This document shows positions 37,090 through 45,822 of a stretch of DNA of 64,000 nucleotides, in pieces. The stretch comes from a virus. Its lineage: Duplodnaviria > Caudoviricetes. The stretch covers positions 1 to 64,000 of the IMG/VR virus record IMGVR_UViG_3300031555_005762. One strand, 5' to 3'. The position numbers and the translations under genes are program-made. The first letter of the stretch is position 1; the number at the start of each line of letters is the position of its first letter. The notes under the pieces were generated by a model. That model worked only from the letters and a program-made list of their open reading frames with translations. It did no database searches and was not told the origin of the DNA.

Positions 37090-37599
37090 TTATTTAACAT
37101 GTTTCCATCGTTCTCTTTTCACGATGCGTCTGATATTGTTGGGTGTGTCATCGAACATTTTTGCAAGCTGCGAGACGGTATAAATCTTATAGTCATACAT
37201 ATCCCGGATAAAATGTATATCATAATTCTCATGTTTGGCGTTATAATTATTTTCGCCGACATTCCTTTTAAGAACTTCAGAAGCATGCTTGGCTTGTTCT
37301 TTGAATGTAGCCCATTCAAGATTCGCTACGGAATTATCTCTTCGGTCTCCGCTGATATGATTGACTGTTTTCTTTCCTTCCGGATTTGGTATGAATGTTT
37401 CGGCAACGGCTTTATGTACTCGCATCCATCCGTGATAGTGTTGTCCGTCATGGACATAGTCGTATCCGAACTTCAGATAATGACCGTCGTATGATTGTGC
37501 CTTGATATGCCCATTCTTTGCATTCCGAATTCTTCCGAGGGTGCTTGCCTCGTATCTACCATGCAGGCTCTCAATGGGCTTCCACAATTCTTCTGTCAA
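37090..37599 (-). CDS. Free-standing NUMOD4-HNH homing endonuclease
   Basis: EELWKPIE...YEASTLGRIR; VHKAVAETFIPNP; VNHISGDRRDNSVANLEW. Confidence 0.9.
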   Translation of the reverse strand: MTEELWKPIESLHGRYEASTLGRIRNAKNGHIKAQSYDGHYLKFGYDYVHDGQHYHGWMRVHKAVAETFIPNPEGKKTVNHISGDRRDNSVANLEWATFKEQAKHASEVLKRNVGENNYNAKHENYDIHFIRDMYDYKIYTVSQLAKMFDDTPNNIRRIVKRERWKHVK

Positions 37600-37683
37600 T
37601 TTTCAGGTTCTCCTTTATGTATCAAAATGTTAAGTCCGGGTCTTCCGGCGGGGATTCGTATTCTACGGTTACTTTGATTTTGC

Positions 37684-37971
37684 TCATTGGTACATCTCCT
37701 CTCTGAATTTGATCATTGCCATGCGTTTTCTTTCTATGGTGGATTTGGTCAGGATGCCATCTTCGGCGAACTGGATGATTTCGTCAAAGGTGATTTCGGG
37801 GATCATCTTATCGAGGAAGGTTACGAACATATCCTTACTGACATGATAGTTCTTATGGGCGTGGTCGAGGATGTTGTCGATCAGCTCTCTGGTGAAGGAA
37901 CACCGCATAGGCTCCGGGAACTGGTCGATCAGGTATTCCTTGAATGCGGTTTCGTTGAAGCCGTCACGCAT
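37684..37971 (-). CDS. Hypothetical protein
   Basis: Start MRDGFN with RBS. Confidence 0.7.
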   Translation of the reverse strand: MRDGFNETAFKEYLIDQFPEPMRCSFTRELIDNILDHAHKNYHVSKDMFVTFLDKMIPEITFDEIIQFAEDGILTKSTIERKRMAMIKFREEMYQ

Positions 37972-37972
37972 A

Positions 37973-38266
37973 TTAACAACTCCTTCCGTATGTGACAAGA
38001 AACTCTTCGATTGGGCCGTCTACATCCAGGCAAAGCCAGTCACATCCGTGTGCAAAGGAAAGTCCCATCAGCAGGAAGAGATCTTCCGGAACATTTTTGC
38101 GGAATGCATCGATATCATCATAGTAATTGCGCGTAAAAATCCAGAAACCGTAGCCTTCCTTTTCATAGCATACAACTTCGCCAGATTCTACGGCTTCTTC
38201 CAGAAACCGTATGGTTTTTTCTGATATATGATCGAGAGACAAGGTCATCATTTTGCAGATTTCCAT
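37973..38266 (-). CDS. DUF5983-like protein
   Basis: TLSLDHISEKT...YGFWIF...PEDL...CDWLCLDVDGP. Confidence 0.6.
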   Translation of the reverse strand: MEICKMMTLSLDHISEKTIRFLEEAVESGEVVCYEKEGYGFWIFTRNYYDDIDAFRKNVPEDLFLLMGLSFAHGCDWLCLDVDGPIEEFLVTYGRSC

Positions 38267-38616
38267 CAGTTCACCGTTCCCTTTCCGTCGTATGGCAGAT
38301 AGGTATAGTCTTCGGGTCTGCCGCTGTAGCGGATCTGGAGAATTCTGTCATCCTCCACGGTTTCGGTGCCCCTGCTGTTCATGATCATGCTGCAGATGTC
38401 GCCCGGGAGCCAGTCTTCGATGGGGGTTTCATATGTGAACACATGGCCGGTTGCTGTCATCAGGGTCAGTAGGTTCTGAGATTCGTTGGTATTGACGACT
38501 ATGGCCGTCTCAGGGTACAGGTTTTTTGGTTTGGGTATGGATGTAGCAATCGCGCCTGTTATGACTGATAGAATCAGGGCAATGGCAAAAATGGCGGCTT
38601 TGTCTTTTAATTTCAT
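38266..38616 (-). CDS. Membrane-anchored hypothetical protein
   Basis: N-terminal TM segment; start MKLKDK. Confidence 0.75.
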   Translation of the reverse strand: MKLKDKAAIFAIALILSVITGAIATSIPKPKNLYPETAIVVNTNESQNLLTLMTATGHVFTYETPIEDWLPGDICSMIMNSRGTETVEDDRILQIRYSGRPEDYTYLPYDGKGTVN

Positions 38617-39179
38617 GCGTTCCTCCTGTATCCTCTCTGGTTGATTTTCCAGCCGTATACTGCGGCGATTCTGTCTCCCAGACGGTATGTATAGTGGCTT
38701 CTCTGCCACCCGGTAAACTTATCTTCCATCAAGTTTCCGCAAAGGGCCTGCAGGCGGTCTTCGGTTTCGCCGGATTTATCTGGGCGAACGCCACGATATG
38801 TATAATAGTTGGTGCCATCATGATGGGCTTCTCTGCAGCACAGGTCCCCGTGTTCGTCCAGATACCAGTGGCAGGTGCTGTCACAGTCCATCAGTGAGCT
38901 CAGGCAGTCGGCGACGTTGCCGCTCCGGATAATTTTTACGGCGGTATGTCTGCCATCCCATCTGCCCATATCGGCGATGCAGAGGATGGGGGTGCCGAGG
39001 TTTATATTTAAGTTTGTGCGTTCGTCATCCAGATACTGGTCATTCAACTCAACGGCCAAATTGTATGCTTCGTAATCTTCCAGTAACTCTTCCCTGCTTT
39101 TGTCCGGAAATTCTTCTTCGAGAAAATCCAGCCAGTCTTCGATCTGGATTTCTGCATTCCAGATGGTGTGCTTTATCAT
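38613..39179 (-). CDS. Hypothetical protein
   Basis: 188 aa; ADMGRWDGR, HHDGTNYY. Confidence 0.8.
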   Translation of the reverse strand: MIKHTIWNAEIQIEDWLDFLEEEFPDKSREELLEDYEAYNLAVELNDQYLDDERTNLNINLGTPILCIADMGRWDGRHTAVKIIRSGNVADCLSSLMDCDSTCHWYLDEHGDLCCREAHHDGTNYYTYRGVRPDKSGETEDRLQALCGNLMEDKFTGWQRSHYTYRLGDRIAAVYGWKINQRGYRRNA

Positions 39180-39183
39180 GTTT

Positions 39184-39350
39184 ACCTCACTTTCGAAACG
39201 GTCTTTCCGTTATGCTTGATGATGATTCGCTCGGCGCACTTATACTTGACGGCTTCCCGGGAGAATTTCACCATGGTGTCCAGTTCGTACTCCGAATCCG
39301 GGAAATCCCGGATATCGAAGCACTGGCCGTTCTTATTTATATACAACAAT
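39184..39350 (-). CDS. Small hypothetical protein (about 55 aa, not in the ORF track)
   Basis: Manual translation LYINKNGQCFDIRDF...GKTVSKVR-stop; start uncertain. Confidence 0.45.
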
Positions 39351-39362
39351 GTGAACACTGAG

Positions 39363-39481
39363 TGGTAACAACTTCCTTTCGGTTGGTATTTATATGAGAA
39401 GCAGGAAACGCTGTGGTAACTGCTTCTTTACGGGTCAGATTTAAAAACGAAGATGTTCAAAATTTATGGTAACAACTTCTT
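39363..39481 (-). repeat. Three copies of AAAG(A/G)AG(T/C)WGTTACCA at 51-52 nt period with unique spacers
   Basis: Copies at 39363-39379, 39414-39429 and 39466-39481. Confidence 0.85.
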
Positions 39482-39488
39482 TCCATGG

Positions 39489-39517
39489 AGTATAGCACAA
39501 GAACACCTGTTTGTCAA
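39489..39517 (-). promoter_or_regulatory. SigmaA promoter TTGACA-17-TATACT
   Basis: Read directly; the predicted +1 falls on the first repeat. Confidence 0.85.
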
Positions 39518-40431
39518 GCGGTTTTTGTATTTTTGTTTCCGGGAATTTCTTCCTTGGCTTTTTCAGCCAGTTCAGACAGGTCAAACTTGCCGTCGTGGAC
39601 CTTATGCATGAGTTCGTACACAGCCATATGCTCTGTGCAGTGTGGGCTCATAGCCTTGGCGGCGGAGACGAACTGTTCCAGGGGCATTCCATTGATCACT
39701 TCTGCCACATCCAATACGTCTTCGGTGGGATCTTCGTGGCCGGATTTGATGTACAGCTTCCGCCAGAGGGTCATGATGGGGCGGATACAATAGCTGCTGA
39801 AGGCGTTCAGGTCGGTGTGCCAGCCGGCCAGCTCAATGAACTGGAAGATGGCTTCGGCTACGGCGGCTCCCCAGTGTTCGATGATGCTCTCCATACCGGA
39901 TACATCCTTAAGGAGAGGGATGTCGAACTCGCCTGTCTTGAACAGGAACACGCCGTGGCGGTCACAGAGCTCTTTCAGGATGGTGGCACCGGTTTCGCCC
40001 ACGGTGAGTTTGGCTCTCAGCATATCTCTTGGGCGGAGTCTTCTGTTGTTGTCGTTCTGCTGGTAGAAGAGTTTTGCTTCTTCTTCCTCTGACAGACCCT
40101 TGAACACTCTGCAGGGGAGCATTTCGACGTTTTTCAGTTTGGCGGCCATATAGCGGTGCTGTCCGTCGATGATCAGGAAGGTGCCGTCCTCCTTCCAGCT
40201 GACGGTCAGGGGCTGGCATTTGGTGATGTCCCATTCTTCGGCGATTTTGCGGTAGTGGTCGGCCAGGTCGCGCTGGATTCTGGGATGCACCTGCAGCATG
40301 GCGGTGGGAAGATCCTTATAATAGATGCCGCATACCTTTGGGACATTTGCCATCATGGCGTTTGCAAGGGATACGTTCGACATGGTTTCGGTCATGGATG
40401 CGTTTACGGATGTGTTGATAATGGTAGGCAT
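39514..40431 (-). CDS. ParB/Sulfiredoxin-like (DUF6551-type) protein
   Basis: RIQRDL, PLTVS, IIDGQHRYMAA, EEEEAKLFYQQN. Confidence 0.78.
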   Translation of the reverse strand: MPTIINTSVNASMTETMSNVSLANAMMANVPKVCGIYYKDLPTAMLQVHPRIQRDLADHYRKIAEEWDITKCQPLTVSWKEDGTFLIIDGQHRYMAAKLKNVEMLPCRVFKGLSEEEEAKLFYQQNDNNRRLRPRDMLRAKLTVGETGATILKELCDRHGVFLFKTGEFDIPLLKDVSGMESIIEHWGAAVAEAIFQFIELAGWHTDLNAFSSYCIRPIMTLWRKLYIKSGHEDPTEDVLDVAEVINGMPLEQFVSAAKAMSPHCTEHMAVYELMHKVHDGKFDLSELAEKAKEEIPGNKNTKTA

Positions 40432-40473
40432 AATTGATTCTCCTTTTATGTAAAAATTTTAATGGATAGTATA

Positions 40474-40498
40474 AGAAAAAGAGCCTTATTTCGGCTCT
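40474..40498 (-). terminator. Rho-independent terminator
   Basis: GAGCC/GGCTC stem followed by TTTTTCTT. Confidence 0.7.
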
Positions 40499-40554
40499 TG
40501 TGGAATTTTGTATGTAGTTAGTAGGGGTTGATTATAGCTTTATTGAGCTGTCAC

Positions 40555-40776
40555 CTAATATGATATATAAATATCCATATCGGCAGTATACTGCAGAGTA
40601 TAAAGGCGGTTATCATCGATGCCTTTTACGCATTGCATCCAGCGCCCGTCTTCATCCAGTTCTGGTTCGCCGCAAAGGATCAGATCATCTTCGCCGCGGT
40701 CAGACATAAAATCCTGCACCATGATCTCGAATGTGTTCTTATCGAGGCCGCTGGCATCCTTTTTCGGAAGTTCCAT
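40555..40776 (-). CDS. Small acidic hypothetical protein
   Basis: 73 aa ORF with RBS. Confidence 0.7.
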   Translation of the reverse strand: MELPKKDASGLDKNTFEIMVQDFMSDRGEDDLILCGEPELDEDGRWMQCVKGIDDNRLYTLQYTADMDIYISY

Positions 40777-40850
40777 TTTCTCACCTCATTCGGTTTTGAT
40801 TGAAATTTACTGTGTCATATGCCGATGCATTTCAACCTCTTGAATTAAAA

Positions 40851-40932
40851 TACACCACAGCGGACTCGCTAAACAAGTCTTGCGACTTATTACACGGTTC
40901 ATCCCCACACAGTGGGGCAATGCTGTGGTGTA
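40851..40932 (-). ncRNA. Candidate structured RNA closed by an 11-bp perfect stem
   Basis: TACACCACAGC/GCTGTGGTGTA closing stem with internal CCCCAC-3-GTGGGG and TCGC/GCGA arms; starts at the predicted +1. Confidence 0.5.
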
Positions 40933-40937
40933 CTTAT

Positions 40938-40966
40938 ATTATAGCATATCAGCGGCTTCTTGTCAA
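40938..40966 (-). promoter_or_regulatory. SigmaA promoter TTGACA-17-TATAAT
   Basis: Perfect consensus. Confidence 0.9.
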
Positions 40967-40971
40967 GGGGA

Positions 40972-41265
40972 TTATCTGCCGAAAATGTTATCCAGAATAG
41001 GGTCCCCGGTCTGGCTGGTTCTGCCGGGGGCTTCGATAAAGATAACGTCCACGCAGTCTCTCGGGGCGGACTGGAATCTGATTTCGCCCTTGGGTCTGGT
41101 GAAGGAGCGGGGGACACGGACGCTCCCCAGCTCCGGCATGATGCAGGACAGGACATGGCTCAGGGCGTCGTTGGCTTTCTGCAGGCGTTCGATTTCGGTC
41201 TGCAGTTTGATGTTTTCGTCACGGATCCGGAGGTTTTCGGATAGGAGGAAGTTATTGTCAAACAT
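40972..41265 (-). CDS. Hypothetical protein with N-terminal coiled coil
   Basis: 97 aa ORF with RBS. Confidence 0.7.
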   Translation of the reverse strand: MFDNNFLLSENLRIRDENIKLQTEIERLQKANDALSHVLSCIMPELGSVRVPRSFTRPKGEIRFQSAPRDCVDVIFIEAPGRTSQTGDPILDNIFGR

Positions 41266-41279
41266 ATATATATTCTCCT

Positions 41280-41681
41280 TTACAGGTCGTAGGTTGTGAG
41301 GTTCCAGCTGTGACCCATTTCGTAATAACAGCCGTGTCGGGCGAAGATTTTGCGAAATTCTTCTTCCAGTTTCGCCCAGCCGGGGGTATAGGCGTTGAGA
41401 ACGTGGTTTAGGCTGCCTTCAAAGGACATGGAAAGTCCATCGGGGTTGACGTACTCGAAGTAGTCACGAGGATTTTTGTCCTTAAAATAGTAGAGCATTG
41501 CGCCGGGGTCGGGACAAAGAAGGGCGTTTGCTTTTTCACTGCCCCACTGGATGCAGTTAGTGATGGCGTGGCCGTTAAAATAGATGATGTTGTCGCCCCA
41601 GAGGTCGTTCTTGACGCACCACCGATAGATATCCCATGCCAGTTTGCCGAATCGGGTTTCAAAAAGGGCTTTGGTATTCAT
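41280..41681 (-). CDS. Hypothetical protein
   Basis: Start MNTKALF; GLSMSFEG, YYEMGHSWNL. Confidence 0.75.
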   Translation of the reverse strand: MNTKALFETRFGKLAWDIYRWCVKNDLWGDNIIYFNGHAITNCIQWGSEKANALLCPDPGAMLYYFKDKNPRDYFEYVNPDGLSMSFEGSLNHVLNAYTPGWAKLEEEFRKIFARHGCYYEMGHSWNLTTYDL

Positions 41682-41983
41682 TCCTCTACCTCCCCGAAGA
41701 TTTCTTCGTATTCGTCGCCGTCGAGGTGTTTTTCTACCCATCTTTTCGCCTCGACTTCGGTCATGGGGATGATTTTTTCTCCGCCGCCGGTCATATTTCC
41801 GTAGGACTGGGAATACTTGGACATGGGGCCGCCGCTGCCGTACAGGAAATATTCACCGGTACGTTTGCGGTACAGGATTTCTCTGCAGTTAGAAAAATCT
41901 CTGATAGAAAGCCCGTTCCACCATGAACCAACTTCTGTAGCGGTTTTTGTGTCGTATTTTTTACCGTTTATGATCTGTTTCAT
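41678..41983 (-). CDS. Conserved phage protein (INGKKYDT.TA family)
   Basis: MKQIINGKKYDTKTA...LYRKRTGEYFLYG.GGPMSKY. Confidence 0.8.
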   Translation of the reverse strand: MKQIINGKKYDTKTATEVGSWWNGLSIRDFSNCREILYRKRTGEYFLYGSGGPMSKYSQSYGNMTGGGEKIIPMTEVEAKRWVEKHLDGDEYEEIFGEVEE

Positions 41984-41994
41984 TTTGATTCTCC

Positions 41995-42207
41995 TTATGC
42001 TGCTTTGGACGGACACTTCAGTTTGCGGACATAGTACCAGCCGAGGGGGAGTTTCCACTCTACCCGGTATATGGTTGCGTTCATGAATTTTCGGGCGTGT
42101 TCTCTGGCACCTGTTATGGTATCAAATTCGCTGGTGTGCTTTTCTTTGACGTATACTCTGCCGGTGCGGTCATCCAGCAGGGGGTGAAAAACGACAACGT
42201 ATTTCAT
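41995..42207 (-). CDS. Hypothetical protein
   Basis: 70 aa ORF with RBS. Confidence 0.7.
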   Translation of the reverse strand: MKYVVVFHPLLDDRTGRVYVKEKHTSEFDTITGAREHARKFMNATIYRVEWKLPLGWYYVRKLKCPSKAA

Positions 42208-42857
42208 TTTGATTCCTCCATTTCTACTTCGTAGCCGGGCAGCAGGACTCCGCCTACCATGAAGCCGCTCTGGTAGCCGTTTATGATTTTCGGCTGTAGT
42301 TCGGCGAAGTATTTATTATACTTCTTGAAGCGGCCTGCCAGATATTTTTCGGCGGATTCCAGATCCTTATAGGTTTTATGATGCTGACCGTCAATGGCTT
42401 CTGGATACGGTGCCGCCGGGGACTGGGCGTAAAATGACCAGCTTATATCATACCCGGTAATTGTTTTTTCGCCTTTCACATAACTGGTATTTTCACGCAG
42501 GCATTCCCAGAATTCGTAGGTCTTATTGGAGATGGTGCGTTCAGTATACCATTCTTTCCGTTCTGTCCACTGGTTACCGGAATGATCCCGGGTCTTTGTC
42601 TGCTGATACTTAGATGCCATTTTTAAGATTGTGGTTTCGCCAGCCTGCTCTGCCCACTCATCCAGAATGGCTTTAGCTCTCTGGTACAGTTCCCTTTCCC
42701 GGTATTCGGAACTGCCGATAGCCTGTTCCAGTTCAGTGGGGTTTTTGTCGATGTATGGAACAATGTTGTCTATTTTGGAATTGTAATGGACGGTACGTTC
42801 CAGTGTGGCTTTCTCGCCGGATACGAGACGGTCGGCGTAATCGTAAATATCAGGCAT
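42204..42857 (-). CDS. Hypothetical protein
   Basis: 217 aa ORF with RBS. Confidence 0.8.
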   Translation of the reverse strand: MPDIYDYADRLVSGEKATLERTVHYNSKIDNIVPYIDKNPTELEQAIGSSEYRERELYQRAKAILDEWAEQAGETTILKMASKYQQTKTRDHSGNQWTERKEWYTERTISNKTYEFWECLRENTSYVKGEKTITGYDISWSFYAQSPAAPYPEAIDGQHHKTYKDLESAEKYLAGRFKKYNKYFAELQPKIINGYQSGFMVGGVLLPGYEVEMEESK

Positions 42858-43023
42858 GGTCTTCCTCCTTTATGCGGATCAGCTTTGCGGCGAATCCGTT
42901 TTTCTTTAGCTCACAGTAATACCCATTTGCAAGCTGCTCATTCTTGAAGTCTTTTTTGCGCACATGACGGCGGTCTTTATTATAGCTTACAACACGATAC
43001 ACAGTGCGGATCATATTTCCTCC

Positions 43024-43455
43024 TCAGCTTGCGTAGCAGCCAAATTTTTTATAGATGTAGTCAAGAAAATCCCACCAGTTTCCAATGTATTCCTCCCTCC
43101 CGGACGGATACAGTCGCTCGAAATAACAGGACTCCTCGCACCCATTTTCATAGACAAACTCACGGATGGCGGCGATCTGTGCCTCGGTGGGCTTTCGCAT
43201 AAACTCGAAGCCATTGGATTCCGGGGAGGTTCTGATATGCCCACGGGACAACATTCCCTCTACGCCATACCAACCGGAGCCAGAATGATAACGGGATTTT
43301 GTCGTGTTGAACACGGTAGAGATTCTGCGGTGGTCATCTCCGGTACAACGAATATCCACATTTGTTCCGTCTGCCATTAGGTATCCGCCAAGATAGGAGT
43401 GATTCTGGGAACACGGAAATGTTTTCCGGATCCGTTCTTCGATTGTGATATTCAT
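43024..43455 (-). CDS. Hypothetical protein
   Basis: Start MNITIEE; GYLMADG...DHR. Confidence 0.75.
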   Translation of the reverse strand: MNITIEERIRKTFPCSQNHSYLGGYLMADGTNVDIRCTGDDHRRISTVFNTTKSRYHSGSGWYGVEGMLSRGHIRTSPESNGFEFMRKPTEAQIAAIREFVYENGCEESCYFERLYPSGREEYIGNWWDFLDYIYKKFGCYAS

Positions 43456-43532
43456 TTTACTTCCTCCGATACGATGTCGTCGCAGTCCCATGTGATGGTG
43501 TAGTGGTAGCGTTTTTCCATTGTGGTTCCTCC

Positions 43533-43766
43533 TTATTTGCAGAGCTGTTCCAGAATTTCCTTGAAGCAGGCTTTTCTCGCCATATTATCATCAATTCCGT
43601 TCTGGTAGTATTCAATATTAGCATTAGGGTCTTCTTGCAGAACATTATTGATCCGTTCGTTGGCATACTCGATTTCCAGATCGCAGTTTTTGATCTGAGA
43701 ATCGATATATTCGCATATGGTTTCGATAGATTCCGCCTTGATTCTTTTCTTCTTGTAGATAGTCAT
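43533..43766 (-). CDS. Hypothetical protein
   Basis: 77 aa ORF with RBS. Confidence 0.7.
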   Translation of the reverse strand: MTIYKKKRIKAESIETICEYIDSQIKNCDLEIEYANERINNVLQEDPNANIEYYQNGIDDNMARKACFKEILEQLCK

Positions 43767-43849
43767 GATTTGGTTCTCCTTTATATATAATAATTTTTGG
43801 GCATAGAAAAAGAGCCTTGGACTTTTGGCGTCTCGGCTCTTTGGGGAAT

Positions 43850-44083
43850 TCAGTTTTCGGCTTGGTTATGATCCCGCTCTGCGGCTTCGGCGATTCTGAC
43901 AGCGGCCAGCTCGGGACTGAACAGCAGCTGTCCTGCAGCAAAACGGTATTTCAGCCACAGCTCAGCGAATTTTTCGGGAATGTTTTCCGGGTATTCGGCT
44001 TCCGCCAGTGCCAGATCAAGAACATGATGGGCGAGGGCGGCAGTAAACTCCTTTGTGTCGTTTTTCATGGTGTTTTCCTCCAT
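43850..44083 (-). CDS. Hypothetical protein
   Basis: 77 aa ORF directly behind a promoter. Confidence 0.7.
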   Translation of the reverse strand: MEENTMKNDTKEFTAALAHHVLDLALAEAEYPENIPEKFAELWLKYRFAAGQLLFSPELAAVRIAEAAERDHNQAEN

Positions 44084-44097
44084 GTTTGTTTGGGTAT

Positions 44098-44126
44098 AGT
44101 ATACCCTATTCCGCCGGATTTGTCAA
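44098..44126 (-). promoter_or_regulatory. SigmaA promoter TTGACA-17-TATACT
   Basis: Read directly. Confidence 0.85.
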
Positions 44127-44434
44127 GTCAGGCGGACGGCGGCGACTCTGTCTCCGTAGATCAGCTGGGCGGCTCGCTTCGGCTGGGTGGATCTGGGCAG
44201 GTAGACAGTAGCGAAGGTATTGGTTTTTCGTCTGCCGCTGGCGGTGAGGATGCCGGTATACTCTGCTACGCGGTAGGCGAGGAGTTTTGCGGCTTCGTCG
44301 TGGGACAGGATTTCGATGCCGGATTCGGTCAGTCTGCCGTTCTGGAAGACGGAGAAGGCGAACTGGTAAGTGCCCTCATAGTTATTTGAGGGGGCGGGTT
44401 TCGCGAGGATGGATTTTGCGGTGTAGATTTTCAT
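44123..44434 (-). CDS. Hypothetical protein
   Basis: Start MKIYTAK with RBS. Confidence 0.7.
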   Translation of the reverse strand: MKIYTAKSILAKPAPSNNYEGTYQFAFSVFQNGRLTESGIEILSHDEAAKLLAYRVAEYTGILTASGRRKTNTFATVYLPRSTQPKRAAQLIYGDRVAAVRLT

Positions 44435-44547
44435 GGTTTGCTCCTTTCGGGTATTTTTTGGTTGGGTGGGGACTGATACGCTCATATCCCCGAGAAGCGT
44501 AGGGTTTTGGGAGGTTGGCGGTTCTGGAAAATTGAAAATCAGCTTAG

Positions 44548-44730
44548 TTATATCACGCAGCCGACTGCACATAGCAACCCAATGACGGCAAGCCACGGGC
44601 GCAGGGCTTCCGTGGGGATTGCTGCTTCTTCTTGGGATACGCGGGGACGGGCGGCAGTTCTGCCGAGGTAGTAGGATATCCCGGCGGTTGTCAGAACGAA
44701 GAAAATGGAGAGAGTGGTGGTGTATGTCAT
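44548..44730 (-). CDS. Small two-TM membrane protein
   Basis: Start MTYTTT. Confidence 0.65.
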   Translation of the reverse strand: MTYTTTLSIFFVLTTAGISYYLGRTAARPRVSQEEAAIPTEALRPWLAVIGLLCAVGCVI

Positions 44731-44819
44731 GATGTACTCCTTTCGGTATAGAAAAAGCCGTAGAGTTTTGGGCACTCCCGGCTTTTTGAAAATTGAAATT
44801 CGGCTTGGGTTATATGAAA

Positions 44820-45005
44820 TTATTCGCAGTCGGCCTCATCGTCCTGCCATGCGAAATTGATTCGCTCTTTGAGTTCGTGGATTTCGATATCGAGATCCAT
44901 TATCTCGGCTTCCGTTTCGGGAGTCAGAGGCAGGGCGGCTCGGCGGGACTGGAGTTCCTTCAGGCGTTCTTCCAGTGTGTGAGGGTTTTCGTATTGGCGG
45001 TACAT
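44820..45005 (-). CDS. Small coiled-coil protein
   Basis: MYRQYENP..LE...ELKERINFAWQD.E. Confidence 0.75.
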   Translation of the reverse strand: MYRQYENPHTLEERLKELQSRRAALPLTPETEAEIMDLDIEIHELKERINFAWQDDEADCE

Positions 45006-45520
45006 CAGTGCACCTCCATCCAGCGGGCGAAATAGTCCGCTTCCGGTTCGTATGTAATGGTGCTGGGATCGTCCATATAATCCTCTCTGTGGTGGTAGAT
45101 GTCGGACATATCGCAGAGGATGTCATGAATCTGGCGGTCTGAGTCGCTGGGGTTCAGGTGTTCCCGGATCAGGCGGGTAAGCTCAGCAACGTGGACACCT
45201 GCCATATTGGCGTAATAGAGGTCGTCCATCATCTCTCTGTACTGCTGGCGTGTGAGACCGGCGGCAGGAGTATCCTGTATAAGCAGATCTATGTGCCGGG
45301 ACAGGTTGTAGGTATACTCTCCGATCAGTTCCACATAGGGCGGCATGAATTCAAGGAAAATATAGTCGATGACTCTGGACACTTCGGATTCGGGGATGTC
45401 GATCCAAACGAAGGTATTGAAATCAATGGGTTCAAGACCACCGGCGTTCAAGAGAGCAGCTTTTTGCAGTTCCCGGCGGGTAGGAATGGATGCGGTGGGG
45501 AAACGGATGTCGTACAGCAT
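45005..45520 (-). CDS. Hypothetical protein
   Basis: Start MLYDIRF. Confidence 0.75.
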   Translation of the reverse strand: MLYDIRFPTASIPTRRELQKAALLNAGGLEPIDFNTFVWIDIPESEVSRVIDYIFLEFMPPYVELIGEYTYNLSRHIDLLIQDTPAAGLTRQQYREMMDDLYYANMAGVHVAELTRLIREHLNPSDSDRQIHDILCDMSDIYHHREDYMDDPSTITYEPEADYFARWMEVH

Positions 45521-45590
45521 GATGGTGTGTCCTTTCTGTTGTATTTGTAGTTGGTTGGGGATTGATGTGCTCAAGTCCCCGAAAGGCAAT

Positions 45591-45618
45591 AAAAAAGAAC
45601 CGCTGGCGTGGCGGTTCT
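45591..45618 (-). terminator. Rho-independent terminator
   Basis: AGAACCGC/GCGGTTCT stem followed by TTTTT. Confidence 0.75.
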
Positions 45619-45627
45619 GGGTGGTGG

Positions 45628-45822
45628 TTATTTGCGCTTTCTTTTCAGATTCAATCCATATGTGCGGTTCAAGGCGTTAATAATTAACTCTGAAACTGTC
45701 ATTTCATATTCTTCTGCAGTTGATTTCAATTTGTCCATATCCTCACGAAGAATTTTAACGGATACATTTGAATAAGTTTTCGCCTGATATTCTTTGCTAT
45801 ATTGCTTTTCATCAAATGCCAA
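45628..45822 (-). CDS. Ribbon-helix-helix (Arc/CopG-like) DNA-binding protein
   Basis: SNVSVKI beta strand followed by two helices (EDMDKLKSTAEE, TVSELIINALNR). Confidence 0.75.
   Translation of the reverse strand: MAFDEKQYSKEYQAKTYSNVSVKILREDMDKLKSTAEEYEMTVSELIINALNRTYGLNLKRKRK

Larger units (their letters stand above)
43803..44812 (-). repeat. Three related ~65-nt gene-end elements (ATAACYAAGCYGA...stem-loop...TTTTCT) at about 43803-43869, 44487-44551 and 44748-44812
   Basis: Aligned by eye; two copies end in GAGCC/GGCTC or AGCCG/CGGCT terminator-like stems with U-tracts. Confidence 0.7.

Noticed and set aside
39363-39481. Bona fide CRISPR array or TIGR array
   Set aside because: Only three 16-17-nt non-palindromic, imperfect repeats; no cas or Tas/Nop-domain gene; no alternating edge and loop repeats with 9-nt spacers. 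Kept only as a mini-array candidate.
9884-43780. Recurrent AAGGAG(G)AACCAAATG sequence before many starts as a novel repeat
   Set aside because: Explained as a strong Shine-Dalgarno plus a preferred spacer.
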